Of a DNA stretch of 51,148 nt, positions 24,251-37,363 are shown piece by piece. Source of the stretch: Tubiluchus corallicola (lineage: Eukaryota; Animalia; Priapulida); the NCBI GenBank assembly GCA_030141605.1, contig JAQGDQ010000916.1, positions 29,553 through 80,700 of the forward strand, in the 5' to 3' direction. The stretch's first letter is position 1, and each line of letters begins with the position of its first letter. The translations under genes were made by a program, and so were the position numbers. The notes beneath the pieces were generated by a model. The model worked only from the letters and a program-made list of their open reading frames with translations. It made no database searches and had not been told where the DNA came from.

Positions 24251-26750
24251 TCATGGCTTTTACTTTTACACTTAATCACGACGACGTGGCTTCGGACAGA
24301 ACGAAAACAAGGAAAGTACAGTAAAAATTTGACACCAAATATCGTTCACAGTGGTTCTACAGGCGCCGTAAAACGGTAATTGTTCAAGCGTGGGATAGTA
24401 GGGTAATGTGAATGTGTAAAAATTCAAATCTGCAATGACTAATACTTAATATGGGTGCTTAATTATTGTTAGTAATCAGTAAGCTCTGTGACTGTTAGCT
24501 GTAAGTGTGGCAATTTTTTATAGCGGATTGAATTAGTGATGAATTTTCAACTTGTAATTTTTTATCAGCACGCATAAAAAGTGCTGATCGAAACGACGGA
24601 TTTTATTGCAGCACATTTAATGAGCAGAGAACAAAAATGTGCCCCGTAATACTACCGAAATTTAACTCTTTTTTTCGGTGTAATGTGTTCATTAAACTTT
24701 AATAATTTATGGTGCGCCATTACGGTTTTTTCCATAATACAGAAACGGAAATATTGGCACTTGCTAATTAGGCTGTACTGGAATCTCGTGGATATATGTA
24801 TAAATACAGAAACTACAGCTTTAGACATTTTCTCGTCTTTTCAGAAGGCTTGGTCCAGCAACTCGGTTTGTCAATAATTGCCTTCACATTAACAGCCTGA
24901 CGAATTGATCACCAATGTACCATTGTGTATTTTTTCCAACTAGAAAGCTTCCCAGATATCTGTTGCTTAAACTTGCTTAATCTTTCATAATAATAATAAT
25001 AATAATAATAAACTCTTTTTACCACTTTTCAGTTATGGGCCGTAATGGATACATTCAGTAGCCAGGCTCCCAATGGAACCATTTGCATTGATGACAGATC
25101 AGGTAGGATGGTTTGGTTAGCCGAGTTTCCTGGCTATTTAAAAACTGGATAGGTTAAACAAACTAATATGCACTGTGCAGTATAATGGTGATGACGACTG
25201 TTTCATTTATTTACCTTTACTGACGATTTATGCCATCAAAATTTTTTTCGGGGCTTCCAAATGTAAAGTTTTGTTTTACGTGAATTTTATAGTATAATTT
25301 ACTCCTCTACAAACATTTAATAAAATTGCAGTCAAACCTCGTTGTAACTGCCGCCAGAAATATCTATATTTTTGGTGAAACAAAATAATATTGTTATTAT
25401 TGTTTATTTATTTCACATCAACACAAATACACAATTAATACATTAAAAGAAACACAAAGTTATCAATAATTCAATGAATAACTAACAGTAAGATACATAA
25501 TAGGAAGCAAATTTTGGAAAAAATGATTTAAACTGTCTTTAGAGTTGGGTCAACCTATGGTAAACAAAGATAGTGATATCGCTACTTCCTTTAATACTGG
25601 TGTCTAAACAACGTTATGTACAGCATCATTACAAATATATAAACTTGACTGTCAATACACTGTGGGGCTGAAAGATAAACAAAAGAATTATTGCTGTTGT
25701 ATGTTGCTTAGTAAATTCGTATACAGTTTACTTTGAGCACATAACTAGTTTAGATATACCATAGTTTAGGTATGCTATATATACAAATGTAAATGTGTTG
25801 CGGGCAATCAAAAAGCAGGGCTTGTTAGATTGTCCCACACCGTGAAAGAAAAAAAAGTAATGAAAATAATCTGAAAATTTGAAGTGAATCGTAAGATAAA
25901 GAAAACATTAGTGCTACAGAATGGAATGGTGTAATGAATGAAGCTCATATATGAGCTGTTATAAAAGATAGAAAGATAGTTAAGATAAAATGATAGACAA
26001 AGATACAGAAAAGAGAAGAAAAATGAAATGGAAAGAAGTTCGGCAGGGACGTATTTATATTTGTATAGATATATTTGTACTAATGCACCTCGTTACAATG
26101 CCAAACTCGCTTAACACTTTACTTTTTTATCGTGTTAATTTGTTATTGCTAAAATAAATAAATAAATAAAAAATATTAATAATCTGCACAGAGTTGATAT
26201 TTGTTTCACTTTTTCTGCAAACTTGTTACGTGTCACAGAGGATCATTATTTATTTCACAATTTCAATTTTTTTACGACGGGCTTGACATTATTTTCAATT
26301 CAATTCGATTTTATTTTCTCAATAGCAGTTAAATTTCGACATAATTATTTTTACATTTCATTCCAACTGAGAAAAAGCAGCGAAAGACCTATTGGTCACT
26401 TTATCTGCTGCCCCTTATTAAACATACAAGTTTGCTTATAGGCTCATGACATTTTTTAGGTGTTTATATATATACTATTTTATACTTATATACTTATTTT
26501 ATACTTATTATATATATATATTATTTGTTTTTTCTGCATTGGTTGCAGTCGGCTATTCTGCTGTCTTTGACCTATGAAATGTTTATTAGCTGCAGTTTGA
26601 CTCTCTCTATATTTACTCATTTTGTTTGCTGTAAAAACACCCTTGTGGGGTAGTATTTGTCAAAGATATTCATTACATTAGTGGTAAGGTTCCAATTTCA
26701 CTGACTGAGCTTGGTTTATTATGCATAGTTCTGATGTAGTAATAGGTTTA

Positions 26751-27293
26751 AAGGAAGACCGGACGATTGTTTAGACTCAATCTCATTGAATTTACTGTCC
26801 AAAATGTACATTTTCTTGCCTATAAAAGTTAACAATTGTTCTTTATGTTTGAATAATTAGCTTAGAAAGTTAATTAATGGCATCCGAACACAGCTATTGC
26901 TTACGTCAGAAACTAACCACAGTTTGTGCAATGGCGGGTGTCTTCCCTTGCGCATCAAGCACATTCGCATAAGTGTTACAGTTAAATGCATGATGTCATG
27001 AAAAATGGGCTCTATGCCATGTGAAGTCAGCAACTAACACTGCAGTTTATGATCATGCTTATCACGGTACCACCTTCTATTTGTCGGCCACGCGAACGTG
27101 ACAAAAAGGCGTCGTTGCCAATCTTAGTAGATTCACTGAGCCACGCGTAGCTTTGAAAGTTTAACAAAATTTTAGTATCCGAGGTAATTATTATTTAATC
27201 TAAGCTTTGATTTAAAATAAGCTTTTGTAGTTTTCAATATTTTAGAGCATTCTTTATTCTGAACTCGTGTTTACACAATCATCCAGTTTTACT
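26751..27293 (+). mobile_element. Kolobok-like element copy 2
   Basis: ttaa|aggaagaccgga ... tccagttttact|ttaa: TTAA TSD, RR..YY ends, imperfect TIR. Confidence 0.65.
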
Positions 27294-27365
27294 TTAAATA
27301 TAAATAATTAGCTAAAGTTTACAATTCCTCACACACAAGAAATAAGTTTGTGAAGCCGATTAGAA

Positions 27366-27420
27366 TTAGGGTTGTGTTAGGGTTAGGGTTAGGGTTAGGG
27401 TTGTGTTAGGGTTACGGTTA
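27366..27420 (+). repeat. Interstitial telomere-like (TTAGGG)n
   Basis: Several perfect TTAGGG units interspersed with TTGTG variants. Confidence 0.85.
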
Positions 27421-28401
27421 CGATATTTAAATTGTGGGGTAGCTAATCCTTGGTGATAGTATTGTGAATGCAACTGACCAACACGAATATTGAGCTCACC
27501 GATCACCCATCCATTTACTGGCCAGCTCAAGGGTTTTTTTGAATTAGCTTGCTAACCACATCGTAAGGGCTTAGCGATTCACTTTGAGCCGTTTTATTAA
27601 CATTTTTATTTTAACAGTCGAGTATCGTACATCAACATTGCGTATTGCTGAAAATTTAATTAATACTATTCGTTTTTTCCTTAGATACGTCATCATGAAA
27701 AATCATCTGTAGCCAATGACAGCAGCATCCTTGAGAGTAAAATTTTGACGGTATGAAAACTTAAGTTATAAATTAAGTTACAAAACTGCATACTGTCATA
27801 CTGTTACTGTATACTTCACATTTTCAAGCAAAACACCTAGTCACCTAGTGCTTGAGCTGCAATTGGTGGTGACCTTGTGAAAAGGGCAGACACAAGTACC
27901 TTATCTCAAGTGCGTGAAGTAGAAGTGTTGAGTCAATTATGCGAAGTTATTTGAGTCAATTTCTGACAGTTTTTATATGAATGCATTTGAATTGAGTTGC
28001 CAATTACGTGTGTTTTTGAGTCGATTAAACGACTATTAACCGTGAGTCTAATAAACGGCACCTACTGTATTGTGAGATCACAACTTTGTCATCGTACAGG
28101 TACAATAATGTGGTACTTTCTTATAAAAAAATCTCCAACAACATAATTGTGTAGCTTGTATCGTTTAATCTGAAAATAAATCAGATAATCTTATATAATT
28201 TTGCTCAGTTTTACGGCGAAATCTAAACCAAATTGATCTAATTAACTTTAACAAAGTTTTATGCAAATTATAAAAATCTGATCTCTAGTCTAATTAATCT
28301 AATCTTTTTAATAAACAAAGGTTCAAGATTTAAGAAATTAATAAATCAACTTACATGGTGATCATCTATAAGTGTAATTATGAAATTATAACAACGAATC
28401 A

Positions 28402-28464
28402 ATGAATGACGCTAAACAATCTGTCACTGCAGTGTGTGAATGCCTGAGTTACTCCAATCTACAG
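28402..28464 (+). CDS. GOLGA3: Golgin subfamily A member 3-like, putative first coding exon (MNDAKQSVTAVCECLSYSNLQ)
   Basis: ATG open to CAG|gtaagt; phase 0 joins 29049. Confidence 0.5.
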
Positions 28465-28536
28465 GTAAGTGTACAGGTAAAAGACCGGTCACATGACCTG
28501 TTTAAAAGGAAATCAATTTATAACGGGCTCGGCAGT

Positions 28537-29033
28537 TGTGTAGTAAACTAAATATGTGCGTCACAACTGTTTGTGGTGTGTTAGGAAATTACAGATGTTA
28601 TTACCAACATTTTGTTGTCATGTTAATATGTGAATCGCATTAATTATTGTGTAGTAAACTAAATATGTGCGTCACAACACTTTGTGGTGTGTTAGGAACT
28701 TACGAATGTTATTACCAACATTCTGCTGTGATATTGATATGTTAATCGCGTTAATTAATCAGTTTGTGGTGTGTTAGGAAATTACGAATGTTATTACCAA
28801 CATTCTGCTGTGATATTAATATGTGAATCGCGTTAATTAATCAGTTTGTGGTGTGTTAGGAAATTATGAATGTTATTACCAACATTCTGCTGTGATATTG
28901 ATATGTGAATCGCGTTAATTATTGTGTAGTAAACTAAATACGTGCGTCACAACTGTTTGTGGTGTGTTAGGAAATTACAGATGTTATTACCAACATTCTG
29001 CTGTCATGTTGATATGTGAATCGAGTTAATTAA
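28537..29033. repeat. Composite tandem repeat filling most of the intron
   Basis: tttgtggtgtgttaggaaattac...ttattaccaacatt repeated 5 times with variable spacer modules. Confidence 0.88.
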
Positions 29034-29048
29034 TCGACACATTTATAG

Positions 29049-29187
29049 ATAAATTATGAAGCCGAAGACGCTCCAGACAAAAGTCTTGATTCGTTTGGAT
29101 TAGTGGTTTCGCCGATAGAAGATTTTGCTTTGTGCTTTTTGGACGAAATCGACAAGAAGTCTCCTGCCGATTCGTTTAAATTATCAG
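29049..29187 (+). CDS. GOLGA3: GOLGA3-like exon (INYEAEDAPDKSLD...DSFKLS)
   Basis: Acceptor atttatag, donor gtaagc; phase 0 in and 1 out joins 32935. Confidence 0.62.
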
Positions 29188-29237
29188 GTAAGCTTGTGCC
29201 TACGAACAAAAAACTCAAGCTCAAAATATTTCTTTAA

Positions 29238-29671
29238 CCCTTTCATACCCGTTGTATCCCGAGGATACGAGAATAGTTTCTGCCTTTAAAATTAATAAAA
29301 TTTTAAAACTGACATTTATTTGATCTTTTAATAGTTATTTTGATTTAAGCCAATAACGATAGACTAAAAATGGTGATAAATTGGCAAACTAGAAAATCTA
29401 CATAGCATAAAAACTGCGCAAGGTACAGTACTTTAGAGACGACTTTGCACAGATCAGCATAGCATGTATACTAAATGTCTTAAATACTTTAAAAAATTAT
29501 CAGCAGTTGCAAAATGAAGCACATTTTTTGCTTTTATTGTATTTTTAAAAAAGTCGGACTTTGTTTTTTTGCACGTGACAAAGAATGTTGTGTATCCCAC
29601 AGGATACATTGGGAACAAAAGTACCAAGCCAAAATTTTTTTCTTCTAAAAAATAATTTGGGACTGAAAGGG
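29238..29671. mobile_element. piggyBac-like MITE
   Basis: TTAA|ccctttca ... tgaaaggg|TTAA. Confidence 0.85.
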
Positions 29672-30331
29672 TTAAAACTCTGTTTTTATCAAGATTGTCT
29701 TGAGATGGTGTAGGTTAATTGAAAGAGATAAAAATCACATGCTTAATAATTGACGTCGTTTCGATCTAATGCTTTTAAATAGAAACGGAACGCTAGAGGC
29801 GTCATAAACAGCGAAAGAGCGGTAAGACAGGTGTTCTGGGTTTTCAAATTAAATTTCAAATGTTAGGGTGCGTTCACATGTATCTGGGAACAAAAATGGC
29901 AACGGAATGCAAAGCTGGCTTATTCATTGTAGCAAGACTGTTAATGCTGAATGGTTGTGACAGAATGCATTAGCAAAGCCATTTTAGCCGTACTTATATG
30001 TGTTTACGTCCTCTGTGAACAAAAATAGTTGGGGGTGAAAAGACTTAAGAGGAGTTTTTCTTGGCATCACCTATCCATTTACTAACGAGGCGTAGCACTG
30101 CTAATGCTGCTTCGCATTTACAAGTAGCATGCGTATCGTAGACACGTCTCCATGCCCTGTTCCTATGGAAACTGTACATGATAAGATCTTACAACATGAA
30201 TGCCCATCGTACGTTGCCCGTAAGCACACCTGCTGCATTGCCGTTGCCGCCGCCAGTACCTGCTCTTGCGTGCTGCACGAGAATTATCTCCTAGTTAGCG
30301 TTAAAAGGAGTGCTTTTCTCTGAGCTGTCGC

Positions 30332-30355
30332 ATGATGGCGCCAGCGGTTCTGACA
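30332..30355 (+). CDS. Possible alternative first coding exon of GOLGA3-like (MMAPAVLT)
   Basis: ATG ATG open to gtaagt donor at 30356; phase 0 compatible with exon 37231. Confidence 0.4.
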
Positions 30356-30380
30356 GTAAGTGCTACCAGCATATTTAAAG

Positions 30381-31152
30381 CTAATGCAGTCATCTTGTCA
30401 TTGTGAGAGTTGAGAAGTTAGTGTGTAATGATGGATGTAGAGAAATAGTTGACACAAGATCATTGTAGTTTATGTTCCTAATGCAGTCTACTTGTCATTG
30501 TGAGAGTTGAGAAGTTAGTGTGTAATGATGGCTGTAGAGAAATAGTTGATACAAGAACATTGTAGTTTATGTTCCTAATGCAGTCTACTTGTCATTGTGA
30601 GAGTTGAGAAACTAGTGTGTAATGATGGCTGTAGAGAAATAGTTGATACAAGATCATTGTAGTTTATGTTCCTAATGCAATCTACTTGTCATTGTGAGAG
30701 TTGAGAAACTAGTGTGTAATGATGGCTGTAGAGAAATAGTTGATACAAGATCATTGTAGTTTATGTTCCTAATGCAATCTACTTGTCATTGTGAGAGTTG
30801 AGAAACTAGTGTGTAATGATAGCTGTAGAGAAATAGTTGACACAAGATCATTGTAGTTTATGTTCCTAATGCAGTCTACTTGTCATTGTGAGAGTTGAGA
30901 AACTAGTGTGTAATGATGGCTGTAGAGAAATAGTTGATACAGGAACATTGTAGTTTATGTTCCTAATGCAATCTACTTGTCATTGTGAGAGTTGAGAAAC
31001 TAGTGTGTAATGATGGCTGTAGAGAAATAGTTGATACAGGAACATTGTAGTTTATGTTCCTAATGCAGTCTACTTGTCATTGTGAGAGTTGAGAAACTAG
31101 TGTGTAATGATGGCTGTAGAGAAATAGTTGATACAGGAACATTGTAGTTTAT
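30381..31152. repeat. 97-bp tandem repeat, ~8 copies
   Basis: ctaatgcagtc at 30381, 30478, 30575... Confidence 0.95.
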
Positions 31153-31201
31153 ATTCATCATTCTGTGCGAATATTTAGCCGTGTTTCTTCACTTGACGTG
31201 G

Positions 31202-32263
31202 CTGTTCTACTGTCTTTATGTATCTGATGTCTGAATCAAGGCATAGTAATGGTTATGTAACATTATTTACTATACATTATATGACAAAAACAGTATCTGA
31301 TTCATAAAGATACTGTGTTTATAAGCATAAAGATACAGATTCTTAAACAGACGTCTGTTCTACTGTCTTCGCGTATGTGATGTCTGAATCAAGGCATAGT
31401 AATGGTTATGTAACATTATTTACTATACATTATATGACAAAAACAGTATCTGATTCATAAAGATACTGTGTTTATAAACATAAAGATACAGATTCTTAAA
31501 CAGACGTCTGTTCTACTGTCTTCGCGTATGTGATGTCTGAATCAAGGCATAGTAATGGTTATGTAACATTATTTACTATACATTATATGACAAAAACAGT
31601 ATCTGATTCATAAAGATACTGTGTTTATAAGCATAAAGATACAGATTCTTAAACAGACGTCTGTTCTACTGTCTTCGCGTATCTGATGTCTAAAACAAGG
31701 CATAGTAATGGTTATGTAACATTATTTACTATACATTATATGACAAAAACAGTATCTGATTCATAAAGATACTGTGTTTATAAACATAAAGATACAGATT
31801 CTTAAACAGACGTCTGTTCTACTGTCTTCGCGTATGTGATGTCTGAATCAAGGCATAGTAATTCTTGCGTAACATTATTTACTATACATTATATGACAAA
31901 AACAGTATCTGATTCATAAACATACTGTATATATAAACATAAAGATACAGATTCTTAAACAGACGTCTGTTCTACTGTCTTCTCGTTTGTGATGTCTGAA
32001 TCAAGGCATAGTAATTCTTGCGTAACATTATTTACTATACATTATATGACAAAAACAGTATCTGATTCATAAACATACTGTATATATAAACATAAAGATA
32101 CAGATTCTTAAACAGACGTCTGTTCTACTGTCTTCTCGTTTGTGATGTCTGAATCAAGGCATAGTAATTCTTGCGTAACATTATTTACTATACATTATAT
32201 AGCAAAAGTATCTGATTCATAACGAAACTGTATGTATAAACATAAAGATATGGATTCTTAAAC
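31202..32263. repeat. 153-bp tandem repeat, ~7 copies
   Basis: ctgttctactgtct at 31202, 31355, 31508... Confidence 0.95.
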
Positions 32264-32640
32264 AACTAACTGTATAATATATTTTTATTACATATATAAA
32301 ATTTATTTTATTACATTTTTATTAGTATTTCACCGTTTCTACTGCACACTATGTGTTATCATCGGGAAGTAGAAATGTAATAAAATTATTTATTATTCAT
32401 TATGCATGTTTCCGTTCTTTCAAGTACTGCAACACATGGATGCATTCTGCGGGTACGAACAAACTTACTAAACGTATTTTTGGCAAACATTTTATATCTA
32501 AACACTAACCCTCTCATTGACTGTGCTTGTGTTTGTATTTCAGTAAACCAAATCTTTGCGTATTTGCTAAATTTTTGCATTGTTTACGTAGGTAAACACA
32601 GCTCACTCTGTTCAATAGGTAGTTTAATGTTAATTTGTAC

Positions 32641-32848
32641 ACCAGCTCGACACGCTAAGCACCAGCTCGGCATGCTAAGCACCAACTCGGCACGCTAAGC
32701 ACCAGCTCGGCACGCTAAGCACCAGCTCGGCACGCTAAGCACCAACTCGGCACGCTAAGCACCAACTCGGCATGCTAAGCACCAGCTCGGCACGCTAAGC
32801 ACCAACTCGACACGCTAACCACCAACTCGGCATGCTAAGCACCAACTG
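32641..32848. repeat. 20-bp minisatellite, ~10 copies
   Basis: Unit accagctcggcacgctaagc. Confidence 0.95.
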
Positions 32849-32934
32849 GACAGCAGGAATCGGTAGCCATTCCCGAGTTTGAGAATCCCGATGCGTTTTT
32901 GTGTTGCGAGTTAAAATGATTTGTTGTTTTTCAG

Positions 32935-34196
32935 CTTCCGGACGCAGAGGCAGACGCAATTACAAGTTTCGGCACCCCGTCTCGTTCCGTTTCAAGCGCA
33001 CCAACAGCGAGAGCGACGTGCACAGACTCGTTCAGGAACTCGAGAGTTTCGACTTGCTCGAGGTCACCGCGCCGACCTTCGATGACGACGTGTCAGATTT
33101 GAAGGTGCACGCGTCCCGTCTGAAAGCGGCGGAAAGTCTCGATTTCGTTTCGGCCTCGGACGCTCATCGTATTTCCGAAGAGCAACATTTGAAGGTGAGA
33201 CAACGCGCCAGCTTCGACAACAGCGTCGTCGTCGATTCTCCGATCGACAGAAATTCCGGAAGTGCGGAATTTTGCAAATCCTGCGTCGGAGATTTCGTCT
33301 CCGTAGAATCGCCGGAAAATCAGCTTTTCGAGTCGTCGTTCGAAGTCGCTCGGGACGTCTCCGAGAAGGGCTCGTCCTTTGTCGACGAAATCAAAGCGTG
33401 GGAGCGGGAAAATTCCCGAAAGCGCGTGTCATTCAACATCGGCGGTTTGCCCATCGACAGCTCGGTGCCGGTTAGCGAGAAAGAGAAACACTTTCTAATT
33501 GCGGAAACCCAGTGCGATAATAAACAGAAGGAAAACGGGGATAATTCCCAAACTGTTGCTGCATTCGATGAACCACTAATTGACTTTATTAGTGAAGTTA
33601 AGACAACTTGTGGTGATTCTGCGCCTAACACACTACAAACGTTTATACCAGCTGTGAGTACTTTAACAGTCACTTCTGCACCTAACACACTACAAACGTT
33701 TATACCAGCTGTGAGTACTTTAACCGTCACTACAAGCGTGGTACATGTGACGGCCGATCTCTCCTCGCCAACCGTTTGTTCTTCTTCTTCATCATCAAAC
33801 GACGAGGCTGGGAAATTGAACGGGCGCACTTCCCCGGAACTATCTAAAGCCGTCAGCGATTCGCATTCTGTTATCGCTCTGACCGAAGCGCTTTCCGCAT
33901 CCGCCGATTCCGATCGCAATTCCGCGGCGGTGCTGTCGGCGTACGACTACGGAGATCTAAAACTAGAGCGAAACAATCAGAACGGTAGATTTATCTGCGG
34001 AAAGTCTGCGGTAGATTTTCCTCCGGTGGCCATTTCTGCAACCGACTTGAGTTCAACGAGGAATTGTGCGCCGGTAAAAGTTTCTTCGGTAAACGTCACC
34101 TCATCGCACGGCGTCACGTCAAGATTGTTCACCAAAACGATCGTCACTGACAAGGAGCGGAGGAAAGGTGCAATAATCACCCCTCAGTGGTTACAG
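32935..34196 (+). CDS. GOLGA3: GOLGA3-like large N-terminal low-complexity exon
   Basis: Acceptor ttttcag, donor gtagtt; 1262 nt open, GC-rich; phase 1 in and 0 out. Assignment rests on phase continuity, not similarity. Confidence 0.72.
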
Positions 34197-34278
34197 GTAG
34201 TTTTAATTATAATAATTATACGCTTGCTTAGCAAAATCGTCCATAATAATAATAATTTAATAATCATAATTTATTTTT

Positions 34279-34790
34279 TGTTGTTGTTGTTGTTGTTGTT
34301 GTTGCTGCTGCTGCTGCTGTTGTTGTTGTTGTTGTTGTTGCTGCTGCTGCTGCTGCTGTTGTTGTTGTTATTGTTGCTGCTGCTGTTGCTGCTGCTGCTG
34401 TTGTTGTTGTTATTGTTGCTGCTGCTGTTGCTGCTGCTGTTGTTGCTGCTGTTGTTGCTGCTGCTGTTGTTGCTGCTGTTGTTGCTGTTGCTGCTGTTGT
34501 TGTTATTGTTGCTGATGCTGTTGTTGTTGTTGTTATTGTTGCTGCTGCTGTTGCTGCTGCTGTTGTTGTTGTTGTTGTTGTTGTTCGTACTTCTACACCA
34601 GCACACCCCCTGCTAATAGATTCTGTCGTTTAAATGGGTCAAAACACTCGTCCAAACGTGAATTTATTAAGCGGCACCTAGTGCAGACCTCTGCAAAGTT
34701 CCCCTTTCTGTTGCTGTTAAAGGACAAGAAAGGGGGGAGAGGTACCTCAAGTAAGTTTCAGGAAAATCGCCTTAGAAAGTTACATTACTT
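34279..34790 (-). mobile_element. Retroposon-like insertion with (AAC/AGC)n tail, copy 1
   Basis: (GTT/GCT)n then cgtacttctacaccagcacaccccctgctaatagatt... shared with 39131-39836. Confidence 0.7.
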
Positions 34791-34974
34791 GATAGCATTT
34801 TTATGCGAACATCGTAAATTTTTGTTTGTTTCCACACAAAGGTAGTTTTAATCATAATAATTATACACTTGCTTAGCAAAATTGTCAATAATAATAATAA
34901 TTTAATAATCATAATTTATTTTTTGTCTTCAAAATAACAATCGTAGATAGTATATAACAACGAGTTACAACGAT

Positions 34975-35030
34975 TAAAGAAGGGCGGGATGGCGAAAGAC
35001 CAAAAGGTCATCTAGTCTACCATCCCTAAA
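34975..35030 (-). mobile_element. CR1-like LINE 3'-end stem-loop remnant
   Basis: - strand gggatggtagactagatgaccttttggtctttcgccatccc resembles recalled CR1 3' stem-loops; similar motifs near 17530, 26375 and 36205. Confidence 0.45.
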
Positions 35031-35451
35031 TAGTGAGTCAACTCATTTCAGCATGGCGAGCAAATATTGTTAGAACAAAATAAAGATTTGAATAGGAAAA
35101 TAAATCAAAATTAAATTAATAGCTAACAATTATGGTAAATAAAATTATGCGAATTTACGCAAAACAAAGTGAAAACAAAATTAGTGAAGCAAAGTTCTAT
35201 GGGCAAAACTACCTAATTAAAAGCAAAATAGCCAACAAACTAATTTGACTGTGCAATAATGACACTAAAAGAAGCAAAGTTGCTTGTACTTGTAAGGCCA
35301 TAATTCGGCAATTAACTTTTTCTAGTCATTTAAACTCTCTCAGTGACCGTTTGGTAGAACCATTTTAACGGTAAGTCGTTTTCAAGAAGCAAGTTCTGAT
35401 AAGATTGTGCAAAATTCGAAAAAATGATCTGAGCACATACTTCACTAGCTA

Positions 35452-35890
35452 ACCTGGTACAGATTATGCAAAACAAGGCATCATTGATAAATCCTTAGAG
35501 CCGATGTCAACATAGCACAATTTATTATCTTTCTTCCTACCATTTCCACTAACACATCCTTCTACCCTTCCTGTGTGATCTAACCTTTCTCCCAGTTCTT
35601 TTTTTGTTCACTCATCCATTCTTTTTTTATCTGGTTCACATGACAGTGACTTATATAAGCCTTTGCTTCTCTAGCCCACTGCAGTACAATTGTTCTTTTA
35701 TGATAACGATAGTGTATGAAACATATCAATTTGATACAGTATGAAGTAATAATTTTGATGTCACTGTGTGCTTAATGTCATTATGTTGTACTGAATGTGA
35801 TAATAATAAAGTAAACTGAACTGGACTGGACTGGACTGGACTGGACTGGACTGGACTGGACTGAACTGGAACTGGAACTGGAACTGAACT
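35452..35890 (+). mobile_element. Non-LTR retroelement-like 3' end copy 2 with (ACTGG)n tail
   Basis: Matches 20100-20460, followed by actgg/actgga microsatellite. Confidence 0.7.
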
Positions 35891-37230
35891 AAGCAAAAGT
35901 TTAAATTGCTGTATCTTGTCAATAACATTAATGTTTTTTTTATGAACCAGTGGTGCACACTGGGATAGTGAAACAGTGGTGCACGCTAGGATAGTAAAAC
36001 ACTGCTGTTTTACCAGGTACTGCTAACATTTTAAATTGTTAAGAATTTTCTTTCCCAAGTACATGAATCTTTCAAATAGGCAAGCAAAGTAATGTAATGG
36101 AAAGTTTTTGAAACGTAATTTATAATTTCAGATTACCCGAATGTAGAATAATTTATTAGTCTCAATAACACAGTAAACATAGCATTAACAAATGATGTTA
36201 CAGGTAAGAGGGATGGGGCGGTGAAAAGGCCGAAAGGTCATCAAGTCTACCACCCTTCTACTAAGTTGACATTACAATACTCTACTTAGATTAGCGCTGT
36301 GAGCTATGTAAATTAAAGATTTCAATGTTATTAGGTTTTAGCACACACGTCACCAACTGAGTAAAATGTTAAATTATTATATTCTGTCAATAAGATTAAA
36401 AACAAGTTTCCGGTTAACGAGTGGCGCCGCCTTGAGGGTGAGGAGTGACATTTTATCATTTGACAGAAATATTTTAAATTATTATTTCTAGCTACATAAG
36501 TCTTTCCAGTAGGTAAGCGAAATGCTAAGTAACATGGATTTGCATGGAAACTTTTTTGGGACGTAATTTAACATTTCCTTTTCTTTCCTTGTTTTTACGT
36601 TTGTGTAGCGACGTCATGTAACGGCGCGGTCGGCATAGTACTGTGGGAAATTTAAAATTTAGACAAACAAAAATGAATAAAAATGCCATAAAGTAATATA
36701 ATTTTTTAAGGCTATTTTTCTGAAATTTACTTTTCTTGTTCTTTAAGCATTATTTGTGTAGAGCAGCTTTTGTTAGTTAGTAGCACTTGCATATGTTATA
36801 CTTGCATAGCAGATTTTAAGTTTCAAATTAAAAATTAATCAACATGTTGTCATTTATCATAACTGTTAGCTAATACTGACATTATGCAGCCATAAGCATA
36901 CTGTACAATTCCCCTTTGCTTCTCTAAAATCTTTTTCACTTTGCATATCTGTTCTCACATTCCACTTATTTCTCATTTCTATGAAAAAATTAACTTGTTA
37001 ATAAACCTTTTCACAGTTTTGTTGTGTGCAGTTTGTGTTTGTGCCATGGCTAAGTGTATCACAGCAAAGCGTTTCTTAATTACAAACGTCACATGACATG
37101 TGGTAAAGCAAGGTTGCCTTCCGCATCAGTTCAGTATACCTTCAGTTGTTTTACGGGGAATTTAGTTAACTATGCATTAGTCACTATGCATTATGCTGTG
37201 TAAATTTATTGTCCGTACTTTGCCTTGCAG

Positions 37231-37363
37231 TCTTACACGGTGACAAGAATGGCGTCTAACATTGAGAGCGAAGTTCATGTGCAGGAGTCGGAGGACTCGA
37301 ACGATCCGCTTGTAGCAATGGCCGACACGAGCGAAGCGTTGGCACTGCAAGAGTCTGTGATCG
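37231..37363 (+). CDS. GOLGA3: GOLGA3-like exon (SYTVTRMASNIESEV...LQESVI)
   Basis: Acceptor ccttgcag, donor gtaatc; phase 0 in and 1 out. Confidence 0.78.

Noticed and set aside
34197-34616. Poly-Leu C-terminus of the 571-aa ORF, and poly-Val/Leu/Asn ORFs at 39120-39671
   Set aside because: Read-through past the donors at 34197 and 39120 into (GTT)n tails
34975-35030. Hammerhead ribozyme suggested by cgaaa plus stems
   Set aside because: No CUGANGA core found; better explained as a CR1-like 3' stem-loop on the - strand
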